A stretch of 64,000 nt of DNA from Fistulifera solaris (GCA_030295235.1 AP026164.1:1984001-2048000), one strand, 5' to 3'; numbered from the stretch's first letter, positions 22,704-36,409 are shown. Numbers and translations are program-made. Notes: generated from the sequence alone by a model not told the origin.

Positions 22704-23398
22704 TTGAATTTGAACTTTTCTTTAGTAAGCCACCTATCGAGTTTCTTCGAAATACATTATGCAGTTTCATTCTAGCCAGATACTCGCTTGTAGTCGTTTG
22801 TAACCGTTCGATCGATTATGCTCTTGGGCAGCGATGTAATTTGCGGGAAGACACGCCCTTTTCCTACAAGTACGAGTCTCTAAACGTTGCGTGTCAAAGA
22901 AGAGGGTAATGCGAAGAATGCACCTTTCTTGTTCAAATTGCAACCTGTTCATCAACAGACCAAAACCAGCGAAGGGAAAATGTGCATTGAGCTAACGAAA
23001 ATCAACGAAAAAAAACTACGTAGTAAAAGCGAAAGATGAGTTCTCTACTCTTTTGAGGCGGGCTATAATGAATACGAGAAAGCGGGAGCGCGTCATCTTC
23101 TAAGTAATGATTTCAGAACCTGCACAGTCTCGTTCCATTACAGAAAATTGTCGGATCGGCAAGACGTCTAAGTTCTTGCAGTACTTTTACCGAACAGACC
23201 ATGGACATATTTTATGCCGAATGAACGGGGGCAATAATCAAGTATCGGATTTGCTGTACTAGTTAAAGGAGGTTTTGCGAAAACGGTCGACAGTCGACAG
23301 TCGCGCTTTGAAAATTGTGCTTGTGGCTTGTGGTCTACTGTATTTTCATTTTTAGTTAAGCTTAAAGCTTTCAAGTTGTAGTCTGGTACAAGTTACAA

Positions 23399-23494
23399 TT
23401 GACAATCTTGACACTTGACACTTGACATGGACCATGTACAACGTAGAACAGATAACGTGACAGCTTAAAGTACCAGGTACCAGGTACCAGGTAC
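23399..23494. repeat. Short tandem repeats (CTTGACA)n and (GTACCAG)3
   Basis: ttgacacttgacacttgaca and gtaccaggtaccaggtaccaggtac read directly. Confidence 0.85.
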
Positions 23495-23747
23495 TTTGTT
23501 ACCTGTTGCAGAGCATGGAGTAATAAATACGGAGTATTAAGAAATCATTCACGAATTGAATTTCAAAAGTTGTCTCCTCCAGATCATTGCCCTACGCCCT
23601 ACTATACCTATAACTCACGGGACACGCAGCCCAGTCCCGCCGACTCGCAAGATGATTAGACTAGCTACAGCAGTACCTGGTACGGGGTACTTGTAACTCA
23701 TAAACATCTAACGTCGTTATAGTTAGGCAATTATGAAAGTCATTTTA

Positions 23748-24917
23748 CTAATGATTTCGAACATGATGAACTTGCAACTTCACGAAACGTTCCTTGCCAA
23801 ACATGTCATAATGAGAGCTCACAAAAGCGACATGAGGATGCGATGCTAAAAGCTCTCGAAGTATTGCAGGCTGACTGGGATCTACTTCCATCCAACATGT
23901 AGCTGATACATTACACCAGTAGGGTAGTTTTGCGATAATTTCGCGGATCACATCTAAGCCATCTTCCGAAAGACCCGACAGTGCTTGATGACTTTCATAG
24001 TCTTTGACTTCTTTGTCAAGTTTGTTCATGTCCGCTGAGGGGATGTAAGGTGGATTGCTAGCCACTAAATCAAATCGACGGTCAACCATAAGGTCTTGAG
24101 CAGTGCACAGCCGTGCATCGTATTGCTCCTTCCATTGACTCCCGAGTATTAGACGAGCATTTTCTTGTGAAGTTTGAACTGCCACGGGCTCCAAATCAAT
24201 CGCGGAGACTTGAAGGTAAGGAAACTTGGTGGCTAACGAGATACCAATGCACCCAGTGCCGCATCCGACATCGAGAATGTGCTGAATGGATGGGTTGTCA
24301 GATATTTCCTGTGCGACCAATTCGACCAGTTCTTCCGTTTCCGGCCGCGGGCACAAAAGGGGGGCGCGTACGAGAAAGTTGTAATCTAGAAAATCCCATT
24401 TACCGATGATATGCTGAATTGGCTCCTGTCGCTTGCGACGATGTAATTTATCGGTCAATTCTTCAGCTTCTTGCGCAGTGATCAAGCGACATGCCAGTTC
24501 CGTCAAATGCTGCGGAACTGCGTGCTGATTTGTAGCAATGGAGGCCAGATCTTTATAACCAGTTGTCCACGGTAAATCTAATATGTCCGCTAATATGTTG
24601 GTGACTGACATCATAGCTTGTTCGTCTTCGACATCTTTCAAATCGTGAATGGCTTGCTCAAGGACGAGCGCTACCGAAATACCCGACGGGTAAACGCCGC
24701 CGTCGTGAGTAACCTTTAGCGAAGTGGAAGAAGGTCTACAACAGCTTCCTTTCGACAAAAACCGCGTCCAACGTTGTCGGTGGAAAGAAACCTGACGAAA
24801 GTTCGTAGACGAAAACCCAGAGGTCAACAAGGGAAGTTGGCGACTCCGTATCAGACCACCGCTCCAGAAAAGTAGCCCGATCAGCCTTGAATTGCGTTTT
24901 CGCAAAGTAGATTGCAT
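23748..24917 (-). CDS. HEMK1: Release factor glutamine methyltransferase PrmC/HemK, organelle-targeted
   Basis: RR..QEPIQHIIG.WDF, PRPETEELVE, LDVGCGTGCIG, SNPPYI; likely start MQSTLRK. Confidence 0.92.
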   Translation of the reverse strand: MQSTLRKRNSRLIGLLFWSGGLIRSRQLPLLTSGFSSTNFRQVSFHRQRWTRFLSKGSCCRPSSTSLKVTHDGGVYPSGISVALVLEQAIHDLKDVEDEQAMMSVTNILADILDLPWTTGYKDLASIATNQHAVPQHLTELACRLITAQEAEELTDKLHRRKRQEPIQHIIGKWDFLDYNFLVRAPLLCPRPETEELVELVAQEISDNPSIQHILDVGCGTGCIGISLATKFPYLQVSAIDLEPVAVQTSQENARLILGSQWKEQYDARLCTAQDLMVDRRFDLVASNPPYIPSADMNKLDKEVKDYESHQALSGLSEDGLDVIREIIAKLPYWCNVSATCWMEVDPSQPAILRELLASHPHVAFVSSHYDMFGKERFVKLQVHHVRNH

Positions 24918-25282
24918 CTTCCTATTCAGATAGGTAATTTTATCGACAAGGCACACTACTAACAGGTATACCTGGTATTTTATTGAGTGTTTGTCGAATG
25001 GATCCAATGGTCGGCAGAAAGGCAAGCATGGAGGCGGACGAGCAACAAAAAAACCACCTATTGTCGCACCACCACTAAACAATTTGTAATTTATAACTGG
25101 TACCACTATGATAACATTTCGGATTGTTGCTAACACGGCAATGATATTTCGCCAAAAATTGACGAACGATGCCAAACAACGGTCACTTTGACGCAAACAT
25201 AAAGCATTCGCATTTTTCCACTTTGTGCCTTTCAACTTTATTATTCATTTTTCCTCGGCTGTTCTTACCAAAAAGCTAAAGA

Positions 25283-26512
25283 ATGATGAAAGTGCTGTTG
25301 CTGTGGTTGTCATGCGTGTTCACACGAGCGCTCGAGGAACAGACGTGTCTATTGAGCAACGACGGATCGTGCCTGCCTGAGGATCTTCCTCCGATTGTGG
25401 ATGAGTATATTGACGTCGGCTTTGGTGACAGGCAACAAGTTACCGGCTCGCAAGAAACAATTGACGCAACAATGAAACAAATACATGAAATGGTTCGGTA
25501 CATGCAAGGTACCGTCATGAAGGACCCCTCTTTCGAGGAGATTAAAAATGAATGCGCCAATCGCAATGAGCTCTGTGCCTATTGGGTAAGTGAGAAGCCG
25601 TCTTATGCGATTTCTTTTGAGATCCTTGATAAGACTCACATCTATCGTTCCCATTGCGTAGGCATCGGTGGGGGAGTGCGAGGCTAATCCTAAATATATG
25701 AAAGTAACGTGTGCACCAGCTTGCTTAACATGTGATCATTTAAAGTTCGAAACACGGTGTCCGATTGATGAAGAATACTTAAAAGAAGGAATTTGGGGCC
25801 CGGGAGATCTTGATAAGATGTTCCGACGCATTGTGAACGACTACGAGAACGTGACGGTCATGTCGAGTCCTGAAATGCGCTTGGAGACATACGCGTATGA
25901 CAATCCGCCTTGGGTCGTGGTGGTGGACGACTTTTTGACAGATGAAGAGTGTCAAGCACTTATTGATTTGGGCGCAGCGAGAGGATACGAACGATCGAAA
26001 GATGTCGGGACACGGAAATTTGATGGAACGTACGGTTCGGTCGAAAGTACGGGCAGGACGAGCAGCAATGCCTGGTGCGTCGACGAGTGCTACGACGATC
26101 CCGTCGCCAAACAGGTAATAGATAAATTAGAAAAGCTCACGGGCATTCCTGATGCCAATGCCGAGTATTTGCAGATGCTCAAGTACGAAGTCTCACAACG
26201 ATACGAATCGCACCATGACTATATCATTTTCCACAACCGTCGGGCACAAGGTGTACGGATTCTGACAGCATTCCTGTATTTGAACGACGTAGAAGAGGGA
26301 GGTGGCACGCACTTTAACACGCTGGATCTTACTTGTATGCCCAAAAAGGGCGAGTTTTGCTGTGGGCCTCGGTGAAAAATGACAAGCCCCATGAGAAAGA
26401 TCGAAGGACGATGCACGAAGCTTTGCCAGTACTCAAAGGCATTAAATACGGCGCCAATGCTTGGTTCCACCAAAGAGACTTTAAAGCGCCCTTTGCTAAC
26501 AATTGCATTTAA
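25283..26512 (+). CDS. Secreted/ER prolyl 4-hydroxylase with ShK domain (intron ~25586-25661; frameshift ~26345)
   Basis: Signal peptide; CANRNELCAYWA..GECEANPKYM..TCAPAC ShK; RTSSNAWC, YESHHDY, RILTAFLYLNDVEEGGGT, HEALPV..G.KYGANAW. Confidence 0.9.
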
Positions 26513-26650
26513 GCAGATCGGCTACGATGATTAGGGAAAGTTATTAGGCAAAACCTTATAATGCGTTTACAGTTTGAGACATATTTAGCGCCAGATTCAA
26601 TGCAACTTGGACTATTTTAACGCTGAATATTATGTCATAAATTCACTTTT

Positions 26651-28752
26651 TTACGCTTCAGGCTGAGTATCGCCGGACTTGCTGGGGTATTCTAGCACCG
26701 CATGCTTATAAATGATATCTTTGGGAGGGTCGATTTCCGGAAGCGATCGCACTAGTTGCTGCCATTCGGCGGTGTCACGACCATTGTGGTGCCACGGTCG
26801 TACCTCCGTAGGTAATCCGTGCTCCGCCAGATGCTCCCATGCACACTCTCTCCACGAAACATCGCGATAGATTTGCGGTTTCATGCCGAAGAAGTCAATG
26901 AGCAAACGCGTTTCTCGGCATCGGAGCACCACGTTGTCCACTCGCACAAACAAACGAGCTAGAACGTAAGCGCAGGTCGGCATCACTCGGAGTTTCACGG
27001 AATATTGCGCTTGTCCATTATCGTGTAAATCGTCCTCGTATATCACGATGTCATCAAAGAAAAGGATGGGAATCGACTGATCTGTCAAAAGTTCCATCCT
27101 CATTCCCGATTCATCGAGCTCAACCCATTCCCCTCCTTCGACAGTGCCACAGTAGGGCGTACTGAATGTCCAATCGTAGTGAAATACCGACGAACTGTGC
27201 TCGTTGGTCGTAATATGTTTTCGTCGGGATTCCCACTTCTTCGCATCGCTGGACTTGATGACGTTCACACCTTGATACGGAAGACGACTCATATGTGGGA
27301 TCATACTGTGGCACTGTGCCCAGCTGTTGAGAGCAGCTGTTGCGTCCCAACTCAGCCAAACTCCATTACCTTCCAAAGCAACGTGTGCCACGTTGAAGAC
27401 CATTTCTGGGAGGCAAATTCTGCGCAAAGGCTTCGGTGTACTCGGTGATTGGGCCATTTCTTCCATAGACTCACCGTTTTCCTTGTACCAGGCTTCGTTT
27501 GCGATTGGGCCTTGACTGGTTCCGATGTAAAAACCAGCAATGGTGACACCGACAAGAGCACCTTCCCACATGATTGGCTTGGCATACTGTTCGAGCCTGG
27601 TCGATACATGTCGCTTTTTGGAGATATCGTTCGGGATGGAAGTTTGATCACTAGAGGCAACCGGCAACTCGCTGGCTGCTTCCACTTCAGGGGCCTTTTC
27701 GGCGTAACCTGCTTCATCATTCTCTTCTTCAAATACAAGAATACCTTGGGACGCTTGCATGAAAGCATCATCTTCTGGATCGCCATCCTCGTCATGTGAA
27801 TCGCCGTTTGTCTGGCGAGGACTTACGGTATCAATTCCCAAATCCTTCGCGAGAGTGCCATCCTGGTGTGACATGTCAAACAACTCCCATCCACCCCAAT
27901 AAGAGTTCGTATTTCCGACAGAAACGAAAATGCGCGGGTAGTCTCTCTGTCTGTAAGACAAAGCCATGAGCTCGTTGCGGGCAGGATGCCCGGGAGCATC
28001 AGCATTCACCTCTTCGAACGGGATATTCTCTTTACGGAGCACAGCAGCTATTTGTTCTTGATAAGACACTTGCTCCTTAGTAGTCGATTCCAATGATGTT
28101 AGGACAAGAACCTTTACAGGGCTCTGATTCTGCACAGGAACAGGATTCGCTACCTCTTGTTGAACTGGACCTGTCATGACAGTGTCCTCATCGGCGTTGG
28201 CGTTAGCTAACCGTGCTTCTTCACCCTTAGCTCTTGTTTCGCTAGCACGCTTGGCATCAGCAGAAGGAACTTCATCTTCCAGCCATGTTTCGTGAACATG
28301 GATCCAGCTGAAAGGCTGCGTCTTATCTTGCCGATACAACAAACAGGTACTCAAGCGACCGAACTGTTGCGTTTGGTTGGTGTCCATATCGCCGCTAGCA
28401 CTGTCGTCCATTTCTTGCTGCCAGGACTGCCATTCTTCGTAAGTTACGAGGAACTTGTCTCCGTCACTCCATATCAATTGTACGTTGTAAATGTCAATTT
28501 CGAAGACACGATCGTGGTAGCACCCGTATTTGTCTTCGAGATGCCCGAGAAGAATCTGCCGACCCGACAAAATTGACCATTCGGCGCCACATGCGAAAAC
28601 GAGTCGGAAAGTCGCAAACGAAGTTCTTCCTGAAGCTCCTCGAGAGCACGTGTTCCCCGAAACCATTGCACGAAGAGACCGTGTAAGTCTTCGACTTGCT
28701 CGGCACACATGCCTTCGAGCTCGGTTTTATCGAGATTTTTGAGAATTGACAT
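26651..28752 (-). CDS. TIP41/TIPRL-like protein fused to N-terminal NTF2/SnoaL-like and SH3BGR/glutaredoxin-like domains (frameshift ~28570)
   Basis: C-terminal LPEMVF, YDWTFSTPY.G, PILFFD...YEDDLHDNG....VKLRVMP...RLFVRVDNV..R.RETR are TIP41 signatures. Confidence 0.8.
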
Positions 28753-29266
28753 AATGCTTCCTGCTGTTGCGGTTTTCAACTATAGATTGGTAATGCAAAG
28801 TATCACTAAACGAAAAGGAATCAAGCTTGATTGACAATTGCCACTACGTCTTGTGCGTTCAAATAATAGCCGAGATCCGCTTGACGCTTGACGTTGCGGT
28901 CATCGATGATCCAGCATCGATGACCGCGAAAAAATGTTGGGATTTTTGGTGCTTACGGCAACGTACAGAGTAGAGACCGTTCGGCTACTTATAGTTCAGT
29001 ACTCAGCTTCAGTCGCGGTTCAGTGGACTTCTTCTCAAAAAAGCGAAAAAAGTCCACCAGTCCACCAGTGACGGGAATGCGTTTTCGTTTTAGGCGACTG
29101 CCTTGACCACTTTACATCTTACACTATAGTGACTTTTGGTGTGGCTTGCGCGGCAAAGAACTGCGCGGTCGGCGGTGACGTTGAAGTGCGACAAGTGATG
29201 ATGAATGAATAATTCTTGATCGGCATTTCCTGCTGCCAAAAGAGAAATGAACGACAAATAATCATC

Positions 29267-30039
29267 ATGAAGAAGGTATTTTTATTCTTGACGCTCTCTT
29301 TTATCAATGCTCAAGGTCAGAAGAAAACAATCAATTTAAACGACCTGGGCGAGCTCGGCGGACTATTCGACGCTCTCTCAGGGACCTCGCAACAAGCGAA
29401 GGACGGTTCCTGTCCTCACAAATGCAAAGACGATTTGTATCCCATCCCAAAGAGAAGAATACGGCCGTATTCAAACGGCTGCAGCGTGCCTGAGAGCATG
29501 AGAAAAGGCTTGGGCGATTATTCGCATTTTGAGGTGTGCTGTGATTTGCATGACGCTTGTTATATGAGCTGTGGGGTACACAAGCCGCTGTGCGAGAGCG
29601 AATTCCAGAAGTGTATGAAACACCAATGCAAAAGCTGAAATCAAAGCGAAGAACTCAGGAATGTGAAAGTATGGCTAATTTATTCGTAACAGGTACATCT
29701 ATCTTTGGCTGTAAAGGTTACATGGAACTGCAAGATGAAGGTTGTGATTGCGTTTCCAGAATTGACGCGGAAGCTCGTGCAAAAGAATACGCGGAAGAGT
29801 TCTACGCAACCTACAACGGTACCCATGCACTGCCAGAGACTTTCACGACCCTTTATTTTGACGTTTCGCCCAAAATGAACCGAAAGGATGTGATCAAAAA
29901 GTATGGAGAGATGTTCTTTCGACTCTATAGAAAGTATCCGCATGCCATTCATGTCATTTCGCGTGATGGTAAAAGTGGAAGAAAGGAATCAAGCCATTTT
30001 CAGCCACCCTCTTCGAATGTGGTCAGCGATGAATTTTAG
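29267..30039 (+). CDS. Group XII-like secretory phospholipase A2 (frameshift ~29632)
   Basis: Signal peptide; NGCS...CCDLHDACY.SCG..K..C...F..CM catalytic HD motif; FGCKGY..LQ...C.C. Confidence 0.85.
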
Positions 30040-30145
30040 GCGTAGGGCGATCTACAAGAGCATCAGCAGGCGAACAAAATCTATAGTTTCGATGCGTTGA
30101 GATGGTAGAATATAATAGCAGCACTATAATAAACACTATAAATAC

Positions 30146-32313
30146 TCAAGCCGTCGGAGTGACAGATACATGCCGCTGCATCTGATATTGGACCTGGTTT
30201 GCGACGGGTCCACCGCCCAAGAACTTCCGTATCACATCTCCACTGCGCCCCTTTCCGAGTTTGTAGTGGATCATCGCAAGCTTCCTGTCTTCTTTCTCGT
30301 ATAATCGTTCTCTTCTGCTTGCTTCTCTCTCGCTGACTGCCGCGGACTCGAACAGTCGCTCCGTAGCTGCCTCCCAAGAAAGAAGATGGGACAGATTTTG
30401 ACTGAGCGGTTCGGGGTCAGTCGAACGAGCTTTGCTGACTTGCTGAACAAACTCGGAAGCGTTGCTGTAGAAAAGGGCATTGGGAAAGGATTTGAAAAAA
30501 TCATTTGACGGGTGTTCCGGCAAAACAACAAACTTTCCCATCGCCAAAGCTTCAGCAGTCGTGGTGCAGAGAACTTCTGAAATACTTGGATTGACAAAAA
30601 TCTTATACTCTGTGCCGATCGATGCATGGTCTGTCCGCCCCAAGAATTGAACCGGAAGTGGGCAACCTAACAATCGTCGTCGTTGCAAGAATGCCCAATA
30701 AGTCGGCCTTTTCGCGGAATCTTTCGTTTCATTATTGTCAGAGGCCTTTGGTGCGCCAGAAGTGCGGAACTCACTGTTGTCGGTCATGGTTGAGATTGAA
30801 CCGCTACTTGCACTAAGAGAGCCCAAAAGCGCGTTTCTTGTTCCCCTGTAAGCAGTTTCGATTTCATCTTTTCAGGTCCGCTTCCAAAAATATCCATGGG
30901 CAAATACTCTCCCTTGGAATGCTTGTAGCACTCTTGCAGATACAATAGCTGATCCAAGCCTTTAGCCCAAAGAAGTTTTCCTAAAAAGTAAATGCGGTTA
31001 CCATCGGGAGGAGCGCAATCCAGAAATTCATTTCGTATGCCGTGCACGTTGCATACCACTTCTTTATGCTTTGCGTACTCCTGAAGCACATCCGACAACT
31101 TTATTACTTGATCACAGTACGCGCACACCAAACCTGCTGAAACTGCTTCAACGATGGGTGCAGAAAATAAACCGGTTACATGTTGCTCTGCGTAATATTT
31201 ATAATTCGTGTGCACTATTCCAATGGTGTAGAAAGAATCGTAGGAACAAGACGATGAAGGGGCGCGAAAATAGTTCAAGTGCTCCGGCTCCTCTAGAATG
31301 CAGACGACTCGTTTCTTTTGCGAACTGCTGTCGCAGTTCTCTATTTTACTCTCAATAAGTTCAAAAATGTCACCCATAGCGAAAATGCTGGACAGAGCCG
31401 CATGATACCGCGCGGGGTAGTAGTGAATGTTTAGCTCGTGAGCAATTGAAGGTAAATGTGCCGATGTCTCTATCCAATCTCGAATAAAGTCGGTCTGAGT
31501 TTCTGGTGTAGCGTGTCTCCAGTCTTCTCCATACAAGGCGACTCGATCATCTGGCGATTCTAGCCATGGTATTACGAGATGAACAGGGCCGGCATGCAGT
31601 ACCGAACCTACTCGTTCCTCTTCCTGTCTGTACTTTAGTAAGTATGCGGCGCGCAACAATGGATTAACAGCCGTTCCGGTGAACCACGGTAGAGCTGCAG
31701 TAGTGACAATCCAAATAGGACGACTGGAATCTCGGAGATTGGAGGTAGTGGTTGGTATGGTTTCCGACATCAATAGTTCTTCGTCAGTAAACTCATCCGA
31801 GAAGGACGCCTTGGACCAATGTCCGGCTTCCGTCGAAAAAGATGAAAACGACAGCCAAGAACTAATCTTGGCCAACGGCGAAAAGGTTTCGTCCGTGTTT
31901 TTCTCCGCATACGAGTTGTGGTCGTCAGAAGTGATTGATAGCCTATTATTTGGCGTCCGCGTCGTAATCATAATCGGAAGTGAAGAACATATAGAAGCTC
32001 TTGTCATTCCCCTGCAATCATAGTCCTGCTCGCATTCATCCTCCTTTGTCGCTACTTCGAAAGCTGGTTGTCGCTTCGTTAAGAAGAAGAAGGGTCGCGG
32101 ACACAGTGGATGCAAATTCATGCCTTTTTCTTGCTTCAAGCAAAAGGAAAACGTTTTGAAGCTATCTACTTCATCAGCATCAATGGGACTAGCCGCCGTT
32201 AAAGTAGCAGACCCGCTACTCGAGGAAAAGGACAAACTGTTGCTCGAACTATCTTCCAATTCAGACTCGGCTTCGTTGCTCTCCGATACTGAACAAATGC
32301 TTAAATTACCCAT
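30146..32313 (-). CDS. DGD: Digalactosyldiacylglycerol synthase (GT4), frameshifted ~30870-30830
   Basis: IVTTAALPWFTGTAVNPLLRAAYL, LEEPEHLNY, GIVHTNY, NVHG.R.EF, GKLLWAKG, EVLCTTTAEALAMGK, LSWEAATERL. Confidence 0.93.
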
Positions 32314-33231
32314 CCTCTAATTCGGTGATAATGGTGAAAAAATGTTTTGAAGTTTCACTTTTGCAAAGTATTGTTGTCTTGGACGAAACAATGTGAAAAA
32401 GAATTATTCGATCATCCAAGGAGCACCACCAGCAACACGGCGCACGCGCACAGCGTAAAATTTACCTGATACCAGGTACCATGGTACTGGGCAGGTCACG
32501 GGAAGCATTGCGCTCGTTCAACTTTTCAAACTTCTTTCCCAACAGACAAAACAACAGCGCCAACTTCAGTGCTCGCGAATTCCGCTCTCATTCAGAATGG
32601 TAAACACAGTAGACGTGTGGGACTCAACGTGCAGCCAACGGGTGAGAACACTGGAAACACTGGACTTGGACAGGGAGCAGACGCCGCCGGCTTACCACTT
32701 ACCAGGCGAAACGAAAACCTAAACGCTATTGATCTGACTCACGGTAGACGGAAAAATGGGTCTAGACTTAAGACGCCTAGACAATAAAAATCCTCGTGTC
32801 TTACCAAATGAACATTAATCTAAGCACCATGTCACATTCACGTTTTTGAATTAGAGTAAGACTACTAACAGGGATCTTGAAGTACAATATCAGGAAAGAT
32901 TCTCTCCAAAAATTTCCAAATGACAATCAAGTTAAGACTATAGCATGTTCTGTATATTTACAACCGCTGCGATATCAGCTGGTCAAGCCAAAGCGTGCGG
33001 AGCCGGAGTCCTGCGGTTTTTCGCCTTTTTCATTCGATTCCTTTCTACCGAACCAAGTACCATCACAATCGAAAAATAATCGAGATTGAGGGGGGAAAGG
33101 GGGGAGTCGACGACAATATCACGAATAAATCCGTGCAGTGAAGCAACAATTTGAGAGTTTGTGACAAAGCTGGTGGACGTATTCGCTGTGGATTGGAAGA
33201 GAGCTATTACTACTTTTCAAATCACCCCAGG

Positions 33232-33848
33232 ATGGAGAAATACCGACTTGTGCAAGAACATAAAGTAGAAGGAAGTGAAACGGAGGGTTTCGCTGCTACG
33301 GATGCTTCGGGATTCCCGGAAGTTCGGATCACCCAGCAAGGAAAACCGAGGAATTACATATCGTATGCAATGAGCTTGTTTGTAAGTCCCAGAAAATGGA
33401 GATCGGCTGGTGAAACAGTCTCTCGCGCGAAATAGGAAGGCTTGAAATGCGAATGTCGAACTCAATGTGACTAATCTGTGCGTTTTCAATTGTTCAGACG
33501 GATGGATCGACTACTATAGTTTTGAAAGCTATGGGGCGAGCTATCAACAAAGCCGTCACAATAGCAGAGATTTTGAAACGAAAGATACCTTTGCATCAAC
33601 AAAATACCCTTAGCTCCGTTGAGATGGTGGATGTTTACGAGCCGATGGAAGAGGGCCTCGATGTTGTGACTAGTCGAAGATATGTATCGTGCATGACAAT
33701 AACACTAAGCCAAACACCCGAGGCTTTAGATCCATCTCATACTGGCTATCAACCACCTCTTTCGGAGCGTGATATTCATCCAGGAGACTATCACGCTTCC
33801 GCGAGAGGAGAGGCAACCAGAACCACACAAACATTAATATACAGCTAA
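33232..33848 (+). CDS. Alba-domain protein (Rpp25-like), intron 33382-33497
   Basis: EVRITQQGKPRNYISYA / LKAMGRAINKAVTIAEILKRK..LHQ...P.EEGLD.V...R.VS. Confidence 0.9.
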
Positions 33849-34048
33849 GCAAAAATAAGGGATTCAATATGTTGAAGCAGCCGCGGACGATGGTTCACCT
33901 TGAGCACATTTGGATCCAGCCGCTGGCAAAACATCTGTAAATTAGGCGGACAGAGAGAGACTAGACACAAACTTAATATATAGCAGTCCGGCTTTAACCA
34001 ACAAAAATGTGTAGTTGAATTATTTTGTATTCTTTTATTGTAGAGAGT

Positions 34049-36409
34049 TTAGTTACTCTCCATTCCAAATAAGCGTTGGAAATTATCCCATCCAACAGAT
34101 CCGCTTTCGCGCAAATCTAGCAAATCAAACAAATCGTGGACATCTTCTTCAGTACAATGAGGGTTGAAATTTAAGAGCAGCTTTCGAAGATCGGCAAGTT
34201 CAAGTGACCCAGTACCCTGTGTCATGAAAGAGTCGTACGTAGAACGTAGTTCCATGCTGGACTGAGGAAATGGTTTCTCTGTAGCAAGGCAAATAGCCTT
34301 TTGGAACTCTCGACGAAGCGAATTTTCGCGTATGCATTCGTGGAAAAGGGGGTTGGTGCTGACCAAAGCATTAAAGTCTTTTGCAGTTATAGTCCGAATT
34401 GAGCAGCGGTCACTTGTACAAGTAGCTACTGCATTCCGACGGGAATTGAAAAGAAATGCCGCTTCGCCGAAAGTAAAGCCTGGTCCAATGGACGATACCA
34501 CGTGATTAGTATCTGTGGAAATGGTAACCCGCCCGTCAAGTAAAAGAAATACATGCTCAGCGATCTCGCCCTTGGTGAACACTCTCTCTCCTTTCTTGTA
34601 ATTTTTTCAACCATTCTTTCCTGACAGTAATCCTCCAAGATTTTTCGCACTCTCTCTTGTCGCCGACTGTTATGCGTCGACCGCAAATGTAAGTCCACAT
34701 CCAGATCTTCAGTCAAATATTTCTCAAAGTACTCTCTAGATACTTCGATGGCGTGGACTGGAGTAAGACATTTTATAGTGCCCGATCGGACGCGGTCAGG
34801 ATGCAACAATGCGCCTTCGCCGAAAAATGATCCCGGTTCTCCCAAAGTGGTGCGGAATCCGTCTTTAGTTGAGACTTCTACTTTGCCCGAGTTCAAAAAA
34901 TACATGGCATTCCCATGGTCACCCTCGTGATATATTACATGACCCTTCGGATAGAACCTGTTTTTCATGTGCTCTGATAGTAGATCGTAGAAATCTGAAA
35001 GTGTCAAGTGCTCGTCTCCGCTGTCAGTTTCCACTTTGATAGATCCACCTTGTGCTAGCTTTTTCAATTCAGCTACTGACAGGTACCCATCATTGTCGGC
35101 ATCCAAATCCCTGAAAGCGCGCTCTAAAAGATCTCGTCGTTTGGTGTCCCCTCGTTCTGACTTCGCTCGCCCCAAAGAGAGCATATCTTTGAAAACAGCC
35201 CCTCCGATCTTGGTTCGAAATTTACGTTGTGCCAGCAATTTTGTATTGATGTGTTCTATCTTGCCTTTTCTAGCGGTCTCGCCACGAACCCAAGGATGTT
35301 CCAGCAATTGATCTGCTGTCCAACGCTTCCGAGGATTCCACTCGAGTAATTTTTCAATAACGAATATTGCGTCCGCTGACAAATGCGAAGTTAAAGGCGA
35401 ATCGCGAAGCGGGGCTTTTCCCCGGATATGATGGCATCAATAACTTCATCATTCGAAGCATTTCCGTACAAATCAAAGGGATGCACACCCGTCAGCATGA
35501 TGTACATGATCACACCCAGTGCCCACATATCAAATCTAGCATCAACTGCAACTGGGTTTTTTGCACGTTGTTGTTTGAGGACTTCGGGTGCGCTGTATGC
35601 CGGAGTAGTCGTAAGCGAACTACATTTTTGAGATGAGATGCTGTCCGGATCGTCGACGACTTGAGCGCATCCAAAGTCAACTACTTGGATAATGGCGTCC
35701 GAGCTGCTGACTGAAGTCAACATGACATTTTCAGGTTTCATGTCCCCGTGTATGATTCCTATTCCATGGAGAAAGGCTAGAGCACTGGCGACTTCACGAA
35801 CAAGTCTGGCGGAATCGGCTTCCGAGTACGCCCCATGCGCACACAACTGATCAAACATTTCTCCGCCCTGAATCAAATCGAGCACTAAATAGTAAAAATC
35901 CCCCTCCTCAAAGTTCTCTCGCAAGCCACAGATATTTGGATGACCACCAGCATCTCGTAATCGCAAAGGGCACCCATTTCCCTTTGAAACGTCTCATTGT
36001 CTGTAAATCGTTTAGGAATCTTCTTCACAGCGACTTTTTCACCGGATACATGATCGACTGCTTCGTAGACAGCACCAAATGTTCCTTCCCCCAGTGGCTC
36101 GGACCAGTTAACTTTGTATTTGGACTTCAAAGTGACGCGCGTCGCGGATTCTTCCATCTTTTCAATCGTCCTATGGCGCCGTAAACCAGATCGTTGACCC
36201 ATGAATGCTCCAAAATCACACGCTACTGGATCGCGGAACGGAAGTAGCATGCGGTGATCCGATGCAGTTAAGGATGCATGCACTGTATCTTTGTCTCTTC
36301 CATTCTCGAGATTCGACGTGCATGCTGCATAGACCGCGGGGGACGACAGGACGGCGAGATCCCATCGAAATGAGCATATCTTGGAGAAAGTCTTTCTAGA
36401 CCAACTCAT
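34049..36409 (-). CDS. CAMK-type Ser/Thr kinase with EF-hands and two cNMP-binding domains (3 frameshifts)
   Basis: LGEGTFG, VAVKK, HGDMKPEN, DFG, APE, DMWALG; EF-hand DADNDGYLSVAE; cNMP FFGEGALL..RSGT and FGEAAFLF..RRNA; C-terminal EF pair. Confidence 0.85.
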
